A DNA stretch of 52,123 nucleotides, from assembly GCA_031360075.1 (NCBI GenBank), contig JANMAX010000316.1, positions 1-52,123 on the forward strand, given 5' to 3'. The stretch is from a bacterium. GTDB lineage: Bacteria > Eisenbacteria > RBG-16-71-46. Below, piece after piece: positions 49,975-52,123 of this stretch; within the stretch, counting starts at the first letter, position 1, and each line of letters opens with the position of its first letter. The translations under genes were made by a program, and so were the position numbers. The notes beneath the pieces were generated by a model. It saw only the letters and a list, made by a program, of their open reading frames with translations, did no database searches and was not told the DNA's origin.

Positions 49975-52020
49975 TCACCTCACCCAAGCCAGCCGCGTGC
50001 TCTTGACGCCCCATGGGGTGGCGAGCCGAACCAGGTAGAGCCCGGCGCCGAGCGGGCGGCCGGAGGCGTCGCGGCCGTCCCAGCGGAACGCCTGCGCGCC
50101 AGCGGGCAGCGTCTGCGCCAACCCCCATACGCGTCGGCCGGTCACGTCGAGCACCTCGAGCCGCACGCTGCCCGCGGCGGGCAACGCGAACCGCAGCGTC
50201 GTCGCACCGCGCGCCGGGTTCGGCATCGGACGCGCCAGCGCGAGCACGGCCGGGCCGCGATCACCCACCCCGACATTCGCGGAGATCGTGAACAGCGCTC
50301 CACTCACGGCCGGCGTGGCGTTGCCGGCGGGATCGAACGCCGTCACGCGCACGAGGGCGCTGTCGGTGGGGGCCGCGGGCACGAGCCAATTGAAGCTGCC
50401 CGTGTTCGCCAGCGCGTTCGCGATGGCTTGCCACGGGCCGCTGCTGCCGTGCGCCGACCACTCGACGGTCACGGAGTCCACCTGCACGTTGTCGCTCGCG
50501 GTCCAGGTGATGGCGTGCGAAGTGTTCACCTCCCAGGTCTCGCCGCCGAGCGGCGCGGTGAGTTGGACGCTCGGCGCCTGGACATCGGCGAACGTGGCCG
50601 CGAGCGTGTGATTCGCCGACACGGTGCTGAACGTGAAGCTGCCCGGGGTGCCGACCGAGGCGCCGTCGACCAGCACGTCGGCAATGCCGAAGCCGGCGCT
50701 CGCCGTGACGCTGACGGTGACGCTGCCGCCCTGCGCCAGTGGGATCGTGCCACTGGGGGACACGCTCCCGCCCGGGCCGGCCGAGGCGAGTACCTGCCAG
50801 CGCGAGATCGTGAAGCTGGCGTTGCTGGCATCGGAGGTGGCGTTGTTCGCGGCGTCCCGTGCGGTGGCGCGCACGCGCATGCTGGCGCCCACGGTGTCGG
50901 GTACGGTCCAGCTGAAGCTGCCGCTGTTCGCGAGCCCGGTCGCGATGGTGCTGGGGTAGGTCGTGCCGCCGTCGAATGACAGCGCCAGGTCCACGGCGGT
51001 CACGGCGACGTTGTCCGACGCGGTCCACGTGAGTGCGTGCTGCGAGCCGGCCTTCCAGTCCTCAGTGCCGTTGGGCGAGGTGATCGTCACGGAAGGCGCA
51101 GTGAGGTCGCCGGCTGGCGCGGCGCGACGCGTGGCCCACAGCGTCGCGTTCACGAACAGTACGCTGTCGGCGACCTCCGCCCAGCCATCGAAGATGTTGG
51201 TGTTGCCGGGCTGAGCCGAACCGTCGTCGATGGGTGAGCTGTCGCCGCAGAAGAACACGCGGCCGCTGCCGTATTGCGAGGACGCCGCCATGATGCCGGT
51301 GGTGCCGGCCTGGGACGCGGCCGCCATCCAGACTTCACCGCGCACCGTCGGATTGACCTCGGGGTGGATCGTGAACGTCGTGCCATTGTGGAACGCGAGT
51401 GCTGCGACGTTGCCCTCGGGGCCGCGCGTGATGCTGTCGGACGGCGCCGCGTTCACGTTGCTCGAGGTCTGCACGATGTTGGCGTTGGCATCGCCGGTGC
51501 TGCCCCAGTGCACGCCCAACTGGAACGTGGGGTCCAGGGCGTTCCAGATCTTGGGCGAATCGAAGCCGTCGTTGTTGCGGTCCGAGATATCGTGGTCGCC
51601 CACGGCGATCAATCCGCCGCCGTTGCGCACGAAGGCCAGGATCGCCGTGCCCTCGGCAGCGCTGAACAGCGTGTTGGGCTCGGGCACGATGAAGACGTCG
51701 AAGTTCGAGAGGTCGAGCGGGTTGCCGGCGTTGCCGTACGTGATGGCGGCATTGTTGGTGGTCACGGTGAAGCCGCGTTTCACGAGGTCGACACCCCACG
51801 ACGAGATCGCACCGAGCCAGTACGTGCGCGGCGTCGAGGGCACGATCGCGCCCTGCGCCGGTGACGGCGTCGGTGCATTGTCATCGATGATCCAGTCGGC
51901 ATTGCCCGCAGTCTCGGCGTGGAAGTTGTCGAACAGCGCGCGCTTGGCGGCTGCGGCCGGTGTGACATGCAGGGCGACGGCGAGCAGCGCTGCGAGCGCG
52001 TGGCGGAATGAGGACGGCAT
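49975..52020 (-). CDS. secreted protein with GATase-like (DUF4350-type) N-domain, Ig-like repeats and C-terminal FlgD-Ig/T9SS-CTD-like domain
   Basis: Signal peptide; LFDNFHAETAGNADW, PEPNTLF and GGGLIAVGDH motifs; two APSV.(I/L)T.P.G Ig-like repeats; WDGRDASGRPLGAGLYLVRL. Confidence 0.8.
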   Translation of the reverse strand: MPSSFRHALAALLAVALHVTPAAAAKRALFDNFHAETAGNADWIIDDNAPTPSPAQGAIVPSTPRTYWLGAISSWGVDLVKRGFTVTTNNAAITYGNAGNPLDLSNFDVFIVPEPNTLFSAAEGTAILAFVRNGGGLIAVGDHDISDRNNDGFDSPKIWNALDPTFQLGVHWGSTGDANANIVQTSSNVNAAPSDSITRGPEGNVAALAFHNGTTFTIHPEVNPTVRGEVWMAAASQAGTTGIMAASSQYGSGRVFFCGDSSPIDDGSAQPGNTNIFDGWAEVADSVLFVNATLWATRRAAPAGDLTAPSVTITSPNGTEDWKAGSQHALTWTASDNVAVTAVDLALSFDGGTTYPSTIATGLANSGSFSWTVPDTVGASMRVRATARDAANNATSDASNASFTISRWQVLASAGPGGSVSPSGTIPLAQGGSVTVSVTASAGFGIADVLVDGASVGTPGSFTFSTVSANHTLAATFADVQAPSVQLTAPLGGETWEVNTSHAITWTASDNVQVDSVTVEWSAHGSSGPWQAIANALANTGSFNWLVPAAPTDSALVRVTAFDPAGNATPAVSGALFTISANVGVGDRGPAVLALARPMPNPARGATTLRFALPAAGSVRLEVLDVTGRRVWGLAQTLPAGAQAFRWDGRDASGRPLGAGLYLVRLATPWGVKSTRLAWVR

Positions 52021-52123
52021 CGAGGCCTCGGGGGGAAGGGCGGGGTGCGGGAACCGGGCGGCTGGGAGCATGCAGGGGTGCGCGGGGACGGGCAACCTGA
52101 GGTGCCGTGAGCAACCGAACCGC

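Overview
High-GC bacterial chromosome segment. Repeated FlgD-Ig/T9SS-CTD-like C-terminal domains suggest an FCB-related candidate phylum such as Ca. Eisenbacteria (inference only). The left half (1-27 kb) is mostly housekeeping and metabolic: an MNT-HEPN toxin-antitoxin pair, smc-ftsY behind a long structured leader, radC, a FAD-oxidoreductase/DUF1365/cfa-like/DUF1295 lipid-modification operon, a purine/allantoin catabolism cluster (xdh with one frameshift, allB, alc, uraD, uraH), an S8 protease and an aminotransferase. The standout is 27.05-48.25 kb, a tandem cassette array anchored on an intact comM (YifB family) gene. The last 474 bp of comM occur four times (28352-28825, 34338-34811, 41890-42363 and in the intact gene at 46743-47216). 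Each extra copy breaks at the same base, just before the CPCG motif, and is followed by the same 14-mer GTTGCGTTGCCTTT. After that come a double-XRE-HTH gene, a conserved promoter-like box (with a poly-G tract in two units) and different secreted-protein cargo. No integrase, transposase or phage gene is visible in any unit. This looks like a recombinase-free (or trans-mobilised), comM-restoring cassette array of secreted proteins.
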